A DNA stretch of 54,244 bases from positions 1 to 54,244 of IMG/VR virus record IMGVR_UViG_3300036760_000101; one strand, given 5' to 3'. Origin of the DNA: a virus. Taxonomy: Duplodnaviria > Caudoviricetes. A program made the translations under genes and the position numbers. The notes beneath the pieces were generated by a model. It was not told the DNA's origin and made no database searches. It was given only the letters and a program-made list of their open reading frames with translations. Below, one piece after another: positions 40,489-49,700 of this stretch (positions are counted from its first letter, which is position 1; each line of letters starts with the position of its first letter).

Positions 40489-40620
40489 ATTTGTGATTAA
40501 TGGAAGCCCTCAGAGGCAAGGAACCAATCCTACCAAGGTGGATATGAGGGAAATAGACTTTAAACTCAAAAAAATCCTTATGGATTTACAAACACTAAAA
40601 CATCTCAAGGGAGGAACGTA

Positions 40621-41469
40621 ATGGAAAGTACAGACAATGTAATCATTAGGTTGCACAAACAGGTTCTTTATCCTACGGTAAGGGTTCGTACCGAGAAAGC
40701 GGGTGGTAGCGGAACGGTAGCATTTTCAGGTAAGAATTGCAAGGATAAGGTAGAAACTTATGTTATTACAAATCATCACGTTGTAGCAGATGCTATCGAG
40801 GTTAGGAAGATTTGGGATGCAAGATTAGGTAGGGATGTTAAGAGAGATGTTCGTTCAACTGTCTCTGTTGAGTTTTTTAAGTACAATAATTTCTCTCATT
40901 GCATAGGGTCTTTTGGTGTCGAAGCAGACATTATGGCTTATGATGCAGAACAGGATGTTGCATTACTAAGATTGCGTGATGAGGAAAATGTTGCTCCCTA
41001 TATAGCAAAACTATTCCCCTTATTGAGATTAGATGAAGTACATCTTTTTGATGATATTTATGCTTGTGGTGCAGCCCTGGGACATTCACCAATTCCGACA
41101 AAGGGTGAGATTACATTTATGGATGATGAGATTGACAACTACAAATATTGGATGAGTTCTGCTCTTACAATCTTTGGAAATTCTGGTGGTGCTGTCTATA
41201 GATTAAATGAAGTTGGAAACTACGAATGGATTGGTATTCCATCAAGGATAAGTATGAGTATGGCAGGATTTAGTGCAAGTCCGATTACGCACATGGGTTA
41301 TTTTATTCCAGCATGGCGTGTATATAGGTTTTTGGATGTGAACCATTATCAGTTTGTTTATGATGATACTTACACGATAGAACAGTGTGAAGGAAAAAGA
41401 AATCAAATGAAAGAGAAGGAAGTAAATAAACTGGAAATGCAGTTTGGTGTCATAGAAGAAGATAAGTAA
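40621..41469 (+). CDS. Trypsin-like serine protease
   Basis: TNHHVV (His), DVALL (Asp), FGNSGG (Ser). Confidence 0.88.
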   Translation: MESTDNVIIRLHKQVLYPTVRVRTEKAGGSGTVAFSGKNCKDKVETYVITNHHVVADAIEVRKIWDARLGRDVKRDVRSTVSVEFFKYNNFSHCIGSFGVEADIMAYDAEQDVALLRLRDEENVAPYIAKLFPLLRLDEVHLFDDIYACGAALGHSPIPTKGEITFMDDEIDNYKYWMSSALTIFGNSGGAVYRLNEVGNYEWIGIPSRISMSMAGFSASPITHMGYFIPAWRVYRFLDVNHYQFVYDDTYTIEQCEGKRNQMKEKEVNKLEMQFGVIEEDK

Positions 41470-41471
41470 TC

Positions 41472-41741
41472 ATGGAAATATATAGGCTATATACAAGAGA
41501 TTCAAATGCTGGAGTGGTAGCTGATATAGCAAAGAAAAACCTTCCTTGGTATTTACTTATACCGATGTGGTATAGTGATGGTAGTGGAATCCTAAAGCAA
41601 GGTTCTATAATAGAATTTCATGCATATGACAATGATGATATAATGAAATTTATAGTATTCTATGATATATGTGTAGATAGGACTGATGCTAAATTTGACC
41701 AATGCCATTGGAAGGTTGGTAAGAATTTCTTAATTGAATAA
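41472..41741 (+). CDS. Hypothetical protein
   Basis: Tiles the operon. Confidence 0.6.
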   Translation: MEIYRLYTRDSNAGVVADIAKKNLPWYLLIPMWYSDGSGILKQGSIIEFHAYDNDDIMKFIVFYDICVDRTDAKFDQCHWKVGKNFLIE

Positions 41742-42085
41742 TGAGGAAGTTAATGTCAAGGAAAACTATATTTTTTATAGTGGTAGGAATATTGTTTTTA
41801 GTTCTTGTGTCAGGATTTTTTAAGTATAGACCTGACAAAACGATTATTGATAAAATAATTCAGGATAGGATTACTGAAATAAATCAGCAAAAAGATACTG
41901 AAATTAATAGTTTAAAATCACAAATGGAGTTGATAAACAATCAACTGGTTGTTAGTCAAAGGAAATACGACCTATTAAAAAAGAAACTTGGTGGATTAGA
42001 ACAACAGGCAAGTAATATCCACCAACCAGGGAGTATAAATGAAACTAAAGAAAGATTCAAGTCCTTGGGTTATAATCCTAAGTAG
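41741..42085 (+). CDS. Putative i-spanin (Rz-like)
   Basis: N-terminal TM followed by a coiled coil. Confidence 0.55.
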   Translation: MRKLMSRKTIFFIVVGILFLVLVSGFFKYRPDKTIIDKIIQDRITEINQQKDTEINSLKSQMELINNQLVVSQRKYDLLKKKLGGLEQQASNIHQPGSINETKERFKSLGYNPK

Positions 42086-42479
42086 CTTTTTGGCTGCTGT
42101 TGTAATTTATCTTTTCTTGCTTGTATTCTGTGGTAATGTTTATTCAGCAGATACGGATGTTTGTTTTGACCCACCAACAGCAGGAAATATGGTTGTTGAA
42201 TTGGAAAAAGCAAGGATAATGGAAAAGGAAAATATCCTACTTAGGGAAGGTAATAATGAACTCGAAAGACAGATTGGTTTGCTTAAACAGGTCACTGAAC
42301 TCAAGGATAAGCAAATTGATGTCCTTGAAAAAACTAACAAGGAATATGAGGATTTACTTAAGACACAGAAAGACTTATATAGTGAGATGCTTAAACATGC
42401 CAAGCCATCAATTTTTAGTCAACTAAGAGATGCTCTTGGCTTTGTGGGAATCGGTGCTTTATTAATGTTGGTATTGTAA
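42039..42479 (+). CDS. Putative spanin partner
   Basis: Overlaps the previous ORF; signal/TM, coiled coil, hydrophobic C-terminus. Confidence 0.5.
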   Translation: MKLKKDSSPWVIILSSFLAAVVIYLFLLVFCGNVYSADTDVCFDPPTAGNMVVELEKARIMEKENILLREGNNELERQIGLLKQVTELKDKQIDVLEKTNKEYEDLLKTQKDLYSEMLKHAKPSIFSQLRDALGFVGIGALLMLVL

Positions 42480-42970
42480 TGAGTAAGGAATTAATTAAGA
42501 TACCTAACTATAGGTCAAGAAACGCTGCCATTGCAAGGGAAGCAAGAAAGAAGAAAATAATAGACGAAAAGTTAAATGAACTTGATGATAAGGTTAGGGG
42601 TCTTTCTCAGGAAGTTGATAAGAAGATAGAGGAAGGATTAGATAAACAAATAGCCGAGAAGGTTCAGGAAGTAGTAAAGGATTTAAGTTTTGTTTCCAAG
42701 AAAGTAAAGCAAGATTTTCTTGATGCGTTTGATAAATGCGGTGGTGTTGATGGTTTAGTTAATTGGGCTATGGGAGGAATACTTCCTGATGGAAAATTTT
42801 CACTTGGACATAGGACAGATTTCTATAAGTTAATTATATCACTACTAAAGAGTGAAACGGCAAAGCCCGATAGCGGTGGTCAGAAGCAAGCCGTAATTGT
42901 AAATATATCTGGAGTAGGAAAGGGTAAGGAATTAAAAGTAGAGTTAAATGGAGAACCAAGCAATAATTAA
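42479..42970 (+). CDS. Putative terminase small subunit
   Basis: AFDKCGGVDGLVNWA...FYKLI; immediately upstream of terL. Confidence 0.65.
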   Translation: MSKELIKIPNYRSRNAAIAREARKKKIIDEKLNELDDKVRGLSQEVDKKIEEGLDKQIAEKVQEVVKDLSFVSKKVKQDFLDAFDKCGGVDGLVNWAMGGILPDGKFSLGHRTDFYKLIISLLKSETAKPDSGGQKQAVIVNISGVGKGKELKVELNGEPSNN

Positions 42971-43188
42971 TAAAAATAGAGAAATATTTTTATCATATTT
43001 GGCTGGAATTTTTGATGGTGAAGGTTCTATATTTAATTCTTAAAAAGAAACAGGCTGAATGTGTCTTGAAGCTTAGAAAAAATATAGATTTTTATAGCTT
43101 TAGGGGATTTAAGGCTATACCTAAAAATATATTAAAAGAAAGAGATAAGTTATTTCTATTATGCAAGAAATACAACAAGCAATCATAA
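42948..43188 (+). pseudogene. Degenerate LAGLIDADG homing endonuclease (internal deletion and frameshift)
   Basis: 42948-43043 reads MENQAIINKNREIFLSYLAGIFDGEGSIFNS*; the +1 frame 43030-43188 reads YLILKKKQAECVL...ERDKLFLLCKKYNKQS*. Confidence 0.75.
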
Positions 43189-44567
43189 ATTATTCAACCG
43201 ATGATTGTGCTACCCTTAAAAGATTTACGGAATCAGACGCAAGGGTAAGAGGAATAAGGGGAGTAATTGGTTCTGGGAAGTCCTCTGTTTGCGTGTGGGA
43301 ATTAATAAGACGTGGACTTGAGCAAGCTCCAAGCACACTTGACGGTATAAGAAAGACCAGGTGGTTTATTGTTAGAAATACCTATATGCAATTAAAGGAC
43401 TCCACCATAAGGACTGTACTTGAGTGGCTACCAGAGAAGTATTTTGGTGTATACCACAAGACAGACCATAACTATAATATAACAAAATTTAAAGATACCC
43501 ATATTGAGTTTTGTTTTAGGGCATTAGATAGACAAGAGGACATAAGAAATCTTCTTTCTGTTGAAATGACTGGATGTTGGATTAATGAAGCAAGGGAAGT
43601 ACCGAAGGGAATTTTAGATGCTGTTGATTCTCGAATACCACGATTTCCTTCTATGAAGGAAGGTGGTGCTACCTGGTGCGGTATGATTATGGACACCAAC
43701 TCACCAGACGAAGATTCATGGTGGTACAGTACATTTGAAAAGGGAAACATTCCGAAGGGTTGGGAACAATACGTTCAACCATCGGCATTTTCTCCAGATG
43801 CGGAAAATATAAAGAACTTACCACCCAAGTATTACGATAATATGTTAGCTGGTAAGGATGCTGATTTTATAAAAGTATATTTAGAAAATCAATATGGATT
43901 TGTTAAGGAAGGAGACCCTATATTCAATGCTACATGGGTAGACCATTTGCATATGGCGAAAGAAATATTAAACTTCCTTAAGGGATTTGATTTAATTATA
44001 GGAATGGACTTTGGATTAACACCTGCTGCTGCCATTACACAGTTTAGTCCAACTGGACATTTTAATATTCTTGATGAACTTGTATCGGAAGAAATGGGAG
44101 TTCAGAGATTTATAAGAAATAAAATGAAACCTCTTATTTTGAATAAATATAAAGATGCAAATATACTTGTAATAGGAGACCCTAATGCTGTTAATGTTAG
44201 AAGTCAAGTAGATGAGAAGACATGCTTTGAAGAACTAATGAACTCAGGATACCATGTTAGGCTTGCTCCAAGTAATGCACCAGCAGCAAGAATAGGTGCG
44301 ATACAATTATTTTTGAGTGAGTTGAAGGAATATGGTCTTCCATCACTACAAGTTTCACCAAATTGCAAGGTAATAAGGAAAGCCTTTAATGCTGGATATG
44401 TTAAAGACAAGAAAGGTGAACCTAAGAAAAATAAATATTCACATATAATGGAAGCTGTATCTTATGCAGCATTACATTTTCAAGAACTATTAAAAAGAAT
44501 GGGTGGGAGGTCTGGCACTGTTAGGGGAAAAAGTACATACCAAAGACCAACGGTGGCAGGATATTAA
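43161..44567 (+). CDS. terL: Terminase large subunit
   Basis: Walker A GVIGSGKS, Walker B WINEA, DTN coupling motif, nuclease GMDFG, SHIMEA. Confidence 0.93.
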   Translation: MQEIQQAIINYSTDDCATLKRFTESDARVRGIRGVIGSGKSSVCVWELIRRGLEQAPSTLDGIRKTRWFIVRNTYMQLKDSTIRTVLEWLPEKYFGVYHKTDHNYNITKFKDTHIEFCFRALDRQEDIRNLLSVEMTGCWINEAREVPKGILDAVDSRIPRFPSMKEGGATWCGMIMDTNSPDEDSWWYSTFEKGNIPKGWEQYVQPSAFSPDAENIKNLPPKYYDNMLAGKDADFIKVYLENQYGFVKEGDPIFNATWVDHLHMAKEILNFLKGFDLIIGMDFGLTPAAAITQFSPTGHFNILDELVSEEMGVQRFIRNKMKPLILNKYKDANILVIGDPNAVNVRSQVDEKTCFEELMNSGYHVRLAPSNAPAARIGAIQLFLSELKEYGLPSLQVSPNCKVIRKAFNAGYVKDKKGEPKKNKYSHIMEAVSYAALHFQELLKRMGGRSGTVRGKSTYQRPTVAGY

Positions 44568-44689
44568 TATGAAAAAAGACTACGGGAAATTTGATTTCAA
44601 CAAAAGGGACTGGAAGATAACAAAGAAAGAAAAATCATACTATGAAAATTTTGATGGTATTTTTAGAAAAGAAAAAGGGGTAAATAAGA

Positions 44690-45943
44690 ATGACAAGCCT
44701 AAAGAATAAAAGTGTACTGATTTATGATTTTGGTCTCTGTTCTGAGAACGCCGTTAGGCTTGCAAGGGATTTTGAATCAGTTTTTTATTACACACCTTGG
44801 GAAGCAGCGTTTCCCAAATCATCTTATTCTTTGATAGGAAAGAATTTTGAGGGAGTTACAAGGGTAGATAGTTTTGAGGATTATAAAAAAGAAGTAGACC
44901 TAATATGTTTCTTCGATACATATTGTTCAGATATAGTTAGGGACTTAAGGGAAGATGGTTATAGAGTATTCGGTGCTAGTGCATCAGAGGGACTTGAGAA
45001 TAATAGACATCAAGCCAAAAAGTACATGGAAGAGGTTGGTCTTCCAGTTCAACATTATGAATTAATTAAAGGATATGAAGCACTTGAGGAATATTTAAAG
45101 AAACATAATCATGTTGTTGTAAAGTTAAATATGTTTCGTGGAGATGCTGAAACATTCATGCACGATACATGGAATACTACCCAGGCTCAATATATGGGTG
45201 ACTTACTTATGAAGTTAGGAGCCAAGGCAGAAGAAATAGAATTTTTAGTAGAAGATGAAATTAAGGGAGTTGAACCTGGATATGATGGTTTTGTGGTAGA
45301 TGGACAATATTCAAATGTGTCAATGTATGGATATGAAAGAAAAGGAACTGGCTACATAGGAAAGGTTATGCCATATACGGAATTGCCTAAACCACTAAAA
45401 ATGGTTAATGATAAAATAGCTCCGTATTTTAAAAAATATGAGGGTAGAACATTTTTCTCAACAGAGGTTATGGTTAAGGAAGATGGAACTCCATATCTTA
45501 TTGACCCAACTGTTCGTTGTCCAATGCCATGTCCAACCGCTATAGCACTTGAGATGTATGAAAACTTTTCTGAATTTATTTGGGAAGCTGCTGATGGAAA
45601 TTTAATAGACCTGGAACCACTATACAAATATGGTGCTGGTATATGTGTTGATTCTGATTGGGCTGAGCATCATTGGACACATATAGATTTTGATTATAAA
45701 TATAGACAATGGATTAAATTTAGGATGGCTTGTAAGATAGGAAAGGAATATTATGCACTACCTGGATTTAATAGTGTCTGTAGTGTTATAGGATTAGGAA
45801 ATACCATTGATGAATGTATTGACAAAATAGAGGAAATAGTTCCTACTTTAAAAATAAGAGAATCAACCTATACAGTTTCTGGCTTGAGGGAAATATTGGA
45901 TGATGTTATTCCCGAAGGTCGTAAACATGGAATAGAGTTTTAG
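44690..45943 (+). CDS. PurD (GAR synthetase)-like ATP-grasp enzyme
   Basis: LENNR..AK..M..VGLP, VVKL, EDEIKGVE, YERK, IDPTVR. Confidence 0.7.
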   Translation: MTSLKNKSVLIYDFGLCSENAVRLARDFESVFYYTPWEAAFPKSSYSLIGKNFEGVTRVDSFEDYKKEVDLICFFDTYCSDIVRDLREDGYRVFGASASEGLENNRHQAKKYMEEVGLPVQHYELIKGYEALEEYLKKHNHVVVKLNMFRGDAETFMHDTWNTTQAQYMGDLLMKLGAKAEEIEFLVEDEIKGVEPGYDGFVVDGQYSNVSMYGYERKGTGYIGKVMPYTELPKPLKMVNDKIAPYFKKYEGRTFFSTEVMVKEDGTPYLIDPTVRCPMPCPTAIALEMYENFSEFIWEAADGNLIDLEPLYKYGAGICVDSDWAEHHWTHIDFDYKYRQWIKFRMACKIGKEYYALPGFNSVCSVIGLGNTIDECIDKIEEIVPTLKIRESTYTVSGLREILDDVIPEGRKHGIEF

Positions 45944-45949
45944 GAGGTT

Positions 45950-46153
45950 ATGGTGATAAATAACGAAGGATGGGTTTGTCCGAGATGCAACAAGGTAAAT
46001 GCTCCCTGGAAATCTCAATGCGATTGTGTTCCTACATATTATGGTATACCAATTACAGACAATCACTATGGTGGTAGTTATATTTACTGTCCTATATGCA
46101 AGCAATTATATAATACTATCGAACTTCATTTTTGTAAGGCAGAGGTAAATTAA
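45950..46153 (+). CDS. Small zinc-finger protein
   Basis: GWVCPRC..VNAP...CDC. Confidence 0.65.
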   Translation: MVINNEGWVCPRCNKVNAPWKSQCDCVPTYYGIPITDNHYGGSYIYCPICKQLYNTIELHFCKAEVN

Positions 46154-48079
46154 ATGAACTTCCATGAATTAGAAGAATTATCAAGACTTGAATTGGATAG
46201 TCTTGGAACTATACTTAAAAATGAATTTGAATATACCAAGATAGTAAGGCGTGATAAAGAAGTTGAATGGGTTCAGAATCTTAGGCAATATCGTGGTCAA
46301 TATGACCCAGAAATATTATTGAAGATTCACAAAAATGCTTCCCAGGTCTTTCCTAAATATACAAGATTTTGGTTAAAGAAATGGAAAGCTATATTACAGA
46401 ATATAGTCCTACCCGATAATGATAAGAATTGGGGAATATCACCAACCCCCAAGCCAATGGTTGATGTAAAGGATTTACAAAATATAATTGACCAATTAGA
46501 AAAATCTCAAGTTGAAGCTACTCCAGAAAATATAGAGAAAGCTGTATATGAATTTGCTAAAGCAAGATGTAAGAATATGGAACTTGAAATAGAAGACCAG
46601 TTAAGCGATATTAAATATGAAATTGTTATTAAGGACACTATTGATTCTGGCTTGAAGTTTGGTACTGGTATTGTAAAGGGTACAATGTCCAAGAAAGATA
46701 CGTCTAATGAAATCGTATCAGAAGGTGGAGTATTTAAACAAGTTACAAAAACTATACATGTTCCATATATTGAGAATGTTAGGATATGGGATTATTACCC
46801 TGATATGGGAACTACCGATAAGGAAACGGTAGAATTTGAATGGGAAAGAATGGTTCTCACAAAACACCAACTAAGGGAACTTGCCGATAAGGAAGGTTTC
46901 TTTGGTGACTTAATCCTTCAACATTTAAAGGAAAATCCCAAGGGGGATGCCAAATACGAGCAATGGGAAATTGACCTACAGGCTATGGACATAAATAAAT
47001 TTAAGGATATGAGAACTAATAAATATGAAGTTTATGTCAGGCATGGTTATCTTGATATTGAAGAAATGAAATATGCAGGCATTACAGTAGATGAAGAAAA
47101 TGTAGAATTTGAGGTAATGTCAGATGTTTGGATATTGGGAAGTAGGGTAATTAAAGTTGAGGAAAGTCCATTTCTGGAACCACTATATCATTTGTTTTAT
47201 TTTGAAAAGGACGAAACAAGTATTTTTGGTAGTGGACTTCCTAAAATAACAAGAGATAGTCAACAGACTCTTTGTTCTGCTATTAGAATGTCTCTCGATA
47301 ACGGTGCTATTTGTGCTGCCCCTCAAGCAGAGGTTAATATAGAACTTCTTGACCAAGGTGAAGACCCAGATGATTTTAGACCAAGAAGGATATGGAAAAG
47401 GTGGGGAAGGGGCATTGACGCACAGATTCCCGCAATAAGGGCTATAGAATTTAACTCACATATACCTGAATTGTTAAGTATAGTTGATAAGGCTGAAAAG
47501 ATAGCGGAAATGGAAATATCATTTTCTATGTATCCCCAGGAAGAAATGGAAACTCCAACAAGACAGAACTTGGCTGAATCTTCCATGAAGGCATCCTCTA
47601 AGGTTATAACCATTAAGGATGTTGTTAAGGCATTTGATGATTGCAATAAGAGCGTAATTAAGGCTCTTTATGATTGGAATATGGAATATAATAAGAAAGA
47701 ACATATTAAGGGTGACTTTAATGTGGAAGCTAAGGGCGTTGCTACGTTACTTTCTAAGGAAATTCTAACTCAACGTGTTGGATATTTCAGCCAGACCCTA
47801 TCTCCAGAGGAAAGAATGTATATTAAGACTGGTGAGTTCCTGAGACAGAAGGCTAAAATACTCGATTTGGATGTTGATGAATGGCTTAGAACTGACAAAG
47901 AAGTACAAGAGATGCAGGAAGCCAGTAGAGACGCTGAGATGGAAGCTATAATGAAAGCTAAAGCCAAGTCAGATGTAGCCTATACGGACTCTAAGGCTGC
48001 CCATATGAACGCTAAGGCTGAAAAAGCAGTCAAGGATTCAGACCTGGATGTAATTAATACCCTAAAGGGAAGCCAATAG
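46154..48079 (+). CDS. Portal protein
   Basis: 641 aa after terL; FGTGIVKG, WDYYPD, IFGSGLP, GDFNVEAKG. Confidence 0.85.
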   Translation: MNFHELEELSRLELDSLGTILKNEFEYTKIVRRDKEVEWVQNLRQYRGQYDPEILLKIHKNASQVFPKYTRFWLKKWKAILQNIVLPDNDKNWGISPTPKPMVDVKDLQNIIDQLEKSQVEATPENIEKAVYEFAKARCKNMELEIEDQLSDIKYEIVIKDTIDSGLKFGTGIVKGTMSKKDTSNEIVSEGGVFKQVTKTIHVPYIENVRIWDYYPDMGTTDKETVEFEWERMVLTKHQLRELADKEGFFGDLILQHLKENPKGDAKYEQWEIDLQAMDINKFKDMRTNKYEVYVRHGYLDIEEMKYAGITVDEENVEFEVMSDVWILGSRVIKVEESPFLEPLYHLFYFEKDETSIFGSGLPKITRDSQQTLCSAIRMSLDNGAICAAPQAEVNIELLDQGEDPDDFRPRRIWKRWGRGIDAQIPAIRAIEFNSHIPELLSIVDKAEKIAEMEISFSMYPQEEMETPTRQNLAESSMKASSKVITIKDVVKAFDDCNKSVIKALYDWNMEYNKKEHIKGDFNVEAKGVATLLSKEILTQRVGYFSQTLSPEERMYIKTGEFLRQKAKILDLDVDEWLRTDKEVQEMQEASRDAEMEAIMKAKAKSDVAYTDSKAAHMNAKAEKAVKDSDLDVINTLKGSQ

Positions 48080-48080
48080 A

Positions 48081-48287
48081 ATGTATGATATAAGCGAATT
48101 TAATGACCTTATAAGTAAGATTAAGTCATTAGATTATGATTATATACATTATTTTGCTAAATTATTTAAAATAAGATTGGAACATTTAAGGTCTGAGAAT
48201 GATACTGCCAATATGGATGAGGTTAAGATAAACCAAGGTGGAATAAGGGAATTATCCTATATTCTGAATTTACTTAAACGTGGGTAG
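48081..48287 (+). CDS. Small conserved protein after the portal
   Basis: NQGGIREL motif. Confidence 0.65.
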   Translation: MYDISEFNDLISKIKSLDYDYIHYFAKLFKIRLEHLRSENDTANMDEVKINQGGIRELSYILNLLKRG

Positions 48288-48317
48288 TTGACTTAAAACT
48301 ATTAAATGTGTTATAAT
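48288..48317 (+). promoter_or_regulatory. Sigma70-type promoter of the capsid operon
   Basis: TTGACT-N18-TATAAT with extended TG. Confidence 0.75.
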
Positions 48318-48340
48318 AGAGTATAGTAGAGGAATGGTCT

Positions 48341-48505
48341 ATGAATAAGGTAGAGAAGAAAGAAGTTGTATTTCAGGACGGTTTTTACGGTAAATTAATT
48401 CTCGGACTCGAAGACGGAAATTTTATCTATCTTAAAAAAGAAGAAACCATTAAGGACAAGAAAGTAATAAGACAAATACTCGAAAAAGTCCTTAAGGCAT
48501 TATAG
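48341..48505 (+). CDS. 54-aa DUF2292-like protein (not in ORF track)
   Basis: Translated by hand: FYGKLILGLEDGNFIYLKKEETIK; GAGG RBS. Confidence 0.6.
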   Translation: MNKVEKKEVVFQDGFYGKLILGLEDGNFIYLKKEETIKDKKVIRQILEKVLKAL

Positions 48506-48787
48506 TATAGCCTTATCCACCATGTGTGGAAAAAGATTAGCCAACCAGCAATGGTAGGTGGAAACTAAAAGGTTACGACAAACAAGGGGAAATCTACTGA
48601 GTACCCTGACAAATCGTAAGCCCTGGTAGATAGGGAAAGCGGTAGAAATGTCGCATAAAATATATAAAAAAGTGGTAGGTATCTGGATTAAGCCTTAGTC
48701 CATAACCCTACCCCAATAGTATCGAGAAAATCGAGCTATAGAAACGGCTACTTACAGCGAGCCTAAATTCTATAGCTTTTTTGTTTT
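48506..48787 (+). ncRNA. Candidate structured non-coding/leader RNA
   Basis: At least six hairpins, two GNRA loops, loop-loop complementarity, terminal 10-bp stem plus T-run. Confidence 0.55.
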
Positions 48788-48800
48788 AAGGAGACAAAAA

Positions 48801-49688
48801 ATGTCAACTAAAGAAAAAGAAGAAGAAAAAGTAGAAACATTTGAAGATGTTTTTGCTGAGGCAGCAGAAGAACCAGAAGGCAACAAAGCCGAAGCTGGTA
48901 AATCTGACGAACCCAAAAAAGAGGAACCTAAAGAGGTTGAGCCTAAGAAGGAAGGTGAGGTTGAGCCTAAGAAGGAAGACGAGCCCAAAGTTGAGGACTA
49001 TGAACAAAAATACAAGTCCCTGCAAGGCATGTTTAATTCTGAGGCTGAAAAGAGACAGGCTTTAGAGGAAGAAGTTAAAAAACTCAAAGAGCCTAAGCCC
49101 GAAGAAAAGAAACCAGAACCTAAACCCGAAGAAGACAAGCCCGACCCTGAGTTAGATGAGTATTTGAAAGAATACGATACAATCGCTAAAAACGAATCTA
49201 AGCTCAGAAAAAAGGAACTCGCAGCACTAAAGACGGAGATTAAAAAGGAAATGGCAGAAGAATTAGGAGTACCTTTTAGGAAAATAGAGGAACTTCTAAA
49301 TACAAGAGATGAGGAAGCTGAACTTACCCATGTTGCTTCTATCTTAGATGCACATGAGGATTATGGTATTGCTTTCGATAGACCACAAGTTGAAGAATGG
49401 ATTAGTAAACTATCTCCACTAAAAAAGAGAGAATACGGTGCGATTCTCGGAGAAGGTAGCACGGAAGAAGTTGTTGAGCTATTAACTGAATATAAAAAAG
49501 CCAATAACATTTCTTTGAAAAAAGAGGAAGAATCCGATACTACCAATCAAGAAGAAGACGAAGAAAAAGAAAAGAAATTAAAGTCTATGGAAGCTGTCAA
49601 ACATAAGAAGACTCCTGTTGGTGATACTGCTAATAAAAAAGAGGATTACGAAGGAGCCTTTGATGAGGCAGCCAAAAAGAAAGATTAA
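48801..49688 (+). CDS. Capsid scaffolding protein
   Basis: Highly E/K/P-rich; EQKYKSLQGMFN; directly upstream of the MCP. Confidence 0.8.
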   Translation: MSTKEKEEEKVETFEDVFAEAAEEPEGNKAEAGKSDEPKKEEPKEVEPKKEGEVEPKKEDEPKVEDYEQKYKSLQGMFNSEAEKRQALEEEVKKLKEPKPEEKKPEPKPEEDKPDPELDEYLKEYDTIAKNESKLRKKELAALKTEIKKEMAEELGVPFRKIEELLNTRDEEAELTHVASILDAHEDYGIAFDRPQVEEWISKLSPLKKREYGAILGEGSTEEVVELLTEYKKANNISLKKEEESDTTNQEEDEEKEKKLKSMEAVKHKKTPVGDTANKKEDYEGAFDEAAKKKD

Positions 49689-49700
49689 CGGAGGATAAAA

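Noticed and set aside
42948-43190. Group I intron or intein in terL
   Set aside because: Too short, no recognisable catalytic-core pairings, and no intein Cys...His-Asn ends.
32119-45943. Complete 2-aminoadenine (Z) genome pathway
   Set aside because: No PurZ/PurA homologue, DatZ-like HD hydrolase or DNA polymerase recognised; restriction-site avoidance also argues against full substitution.
48506-48790. Hammerhead ribozyme or a known riboswitch
   Set aside because: CTGAGTA does not match the CUGANGA core in the right helical context, and I recognised no known aptamer consensus.
48920-48990. gaggttgagcctaagaaggaag repeat as a regulatory element
   Set aside because: It simply encodes the EVEPKKE low-complexity repeats of the scaffold.
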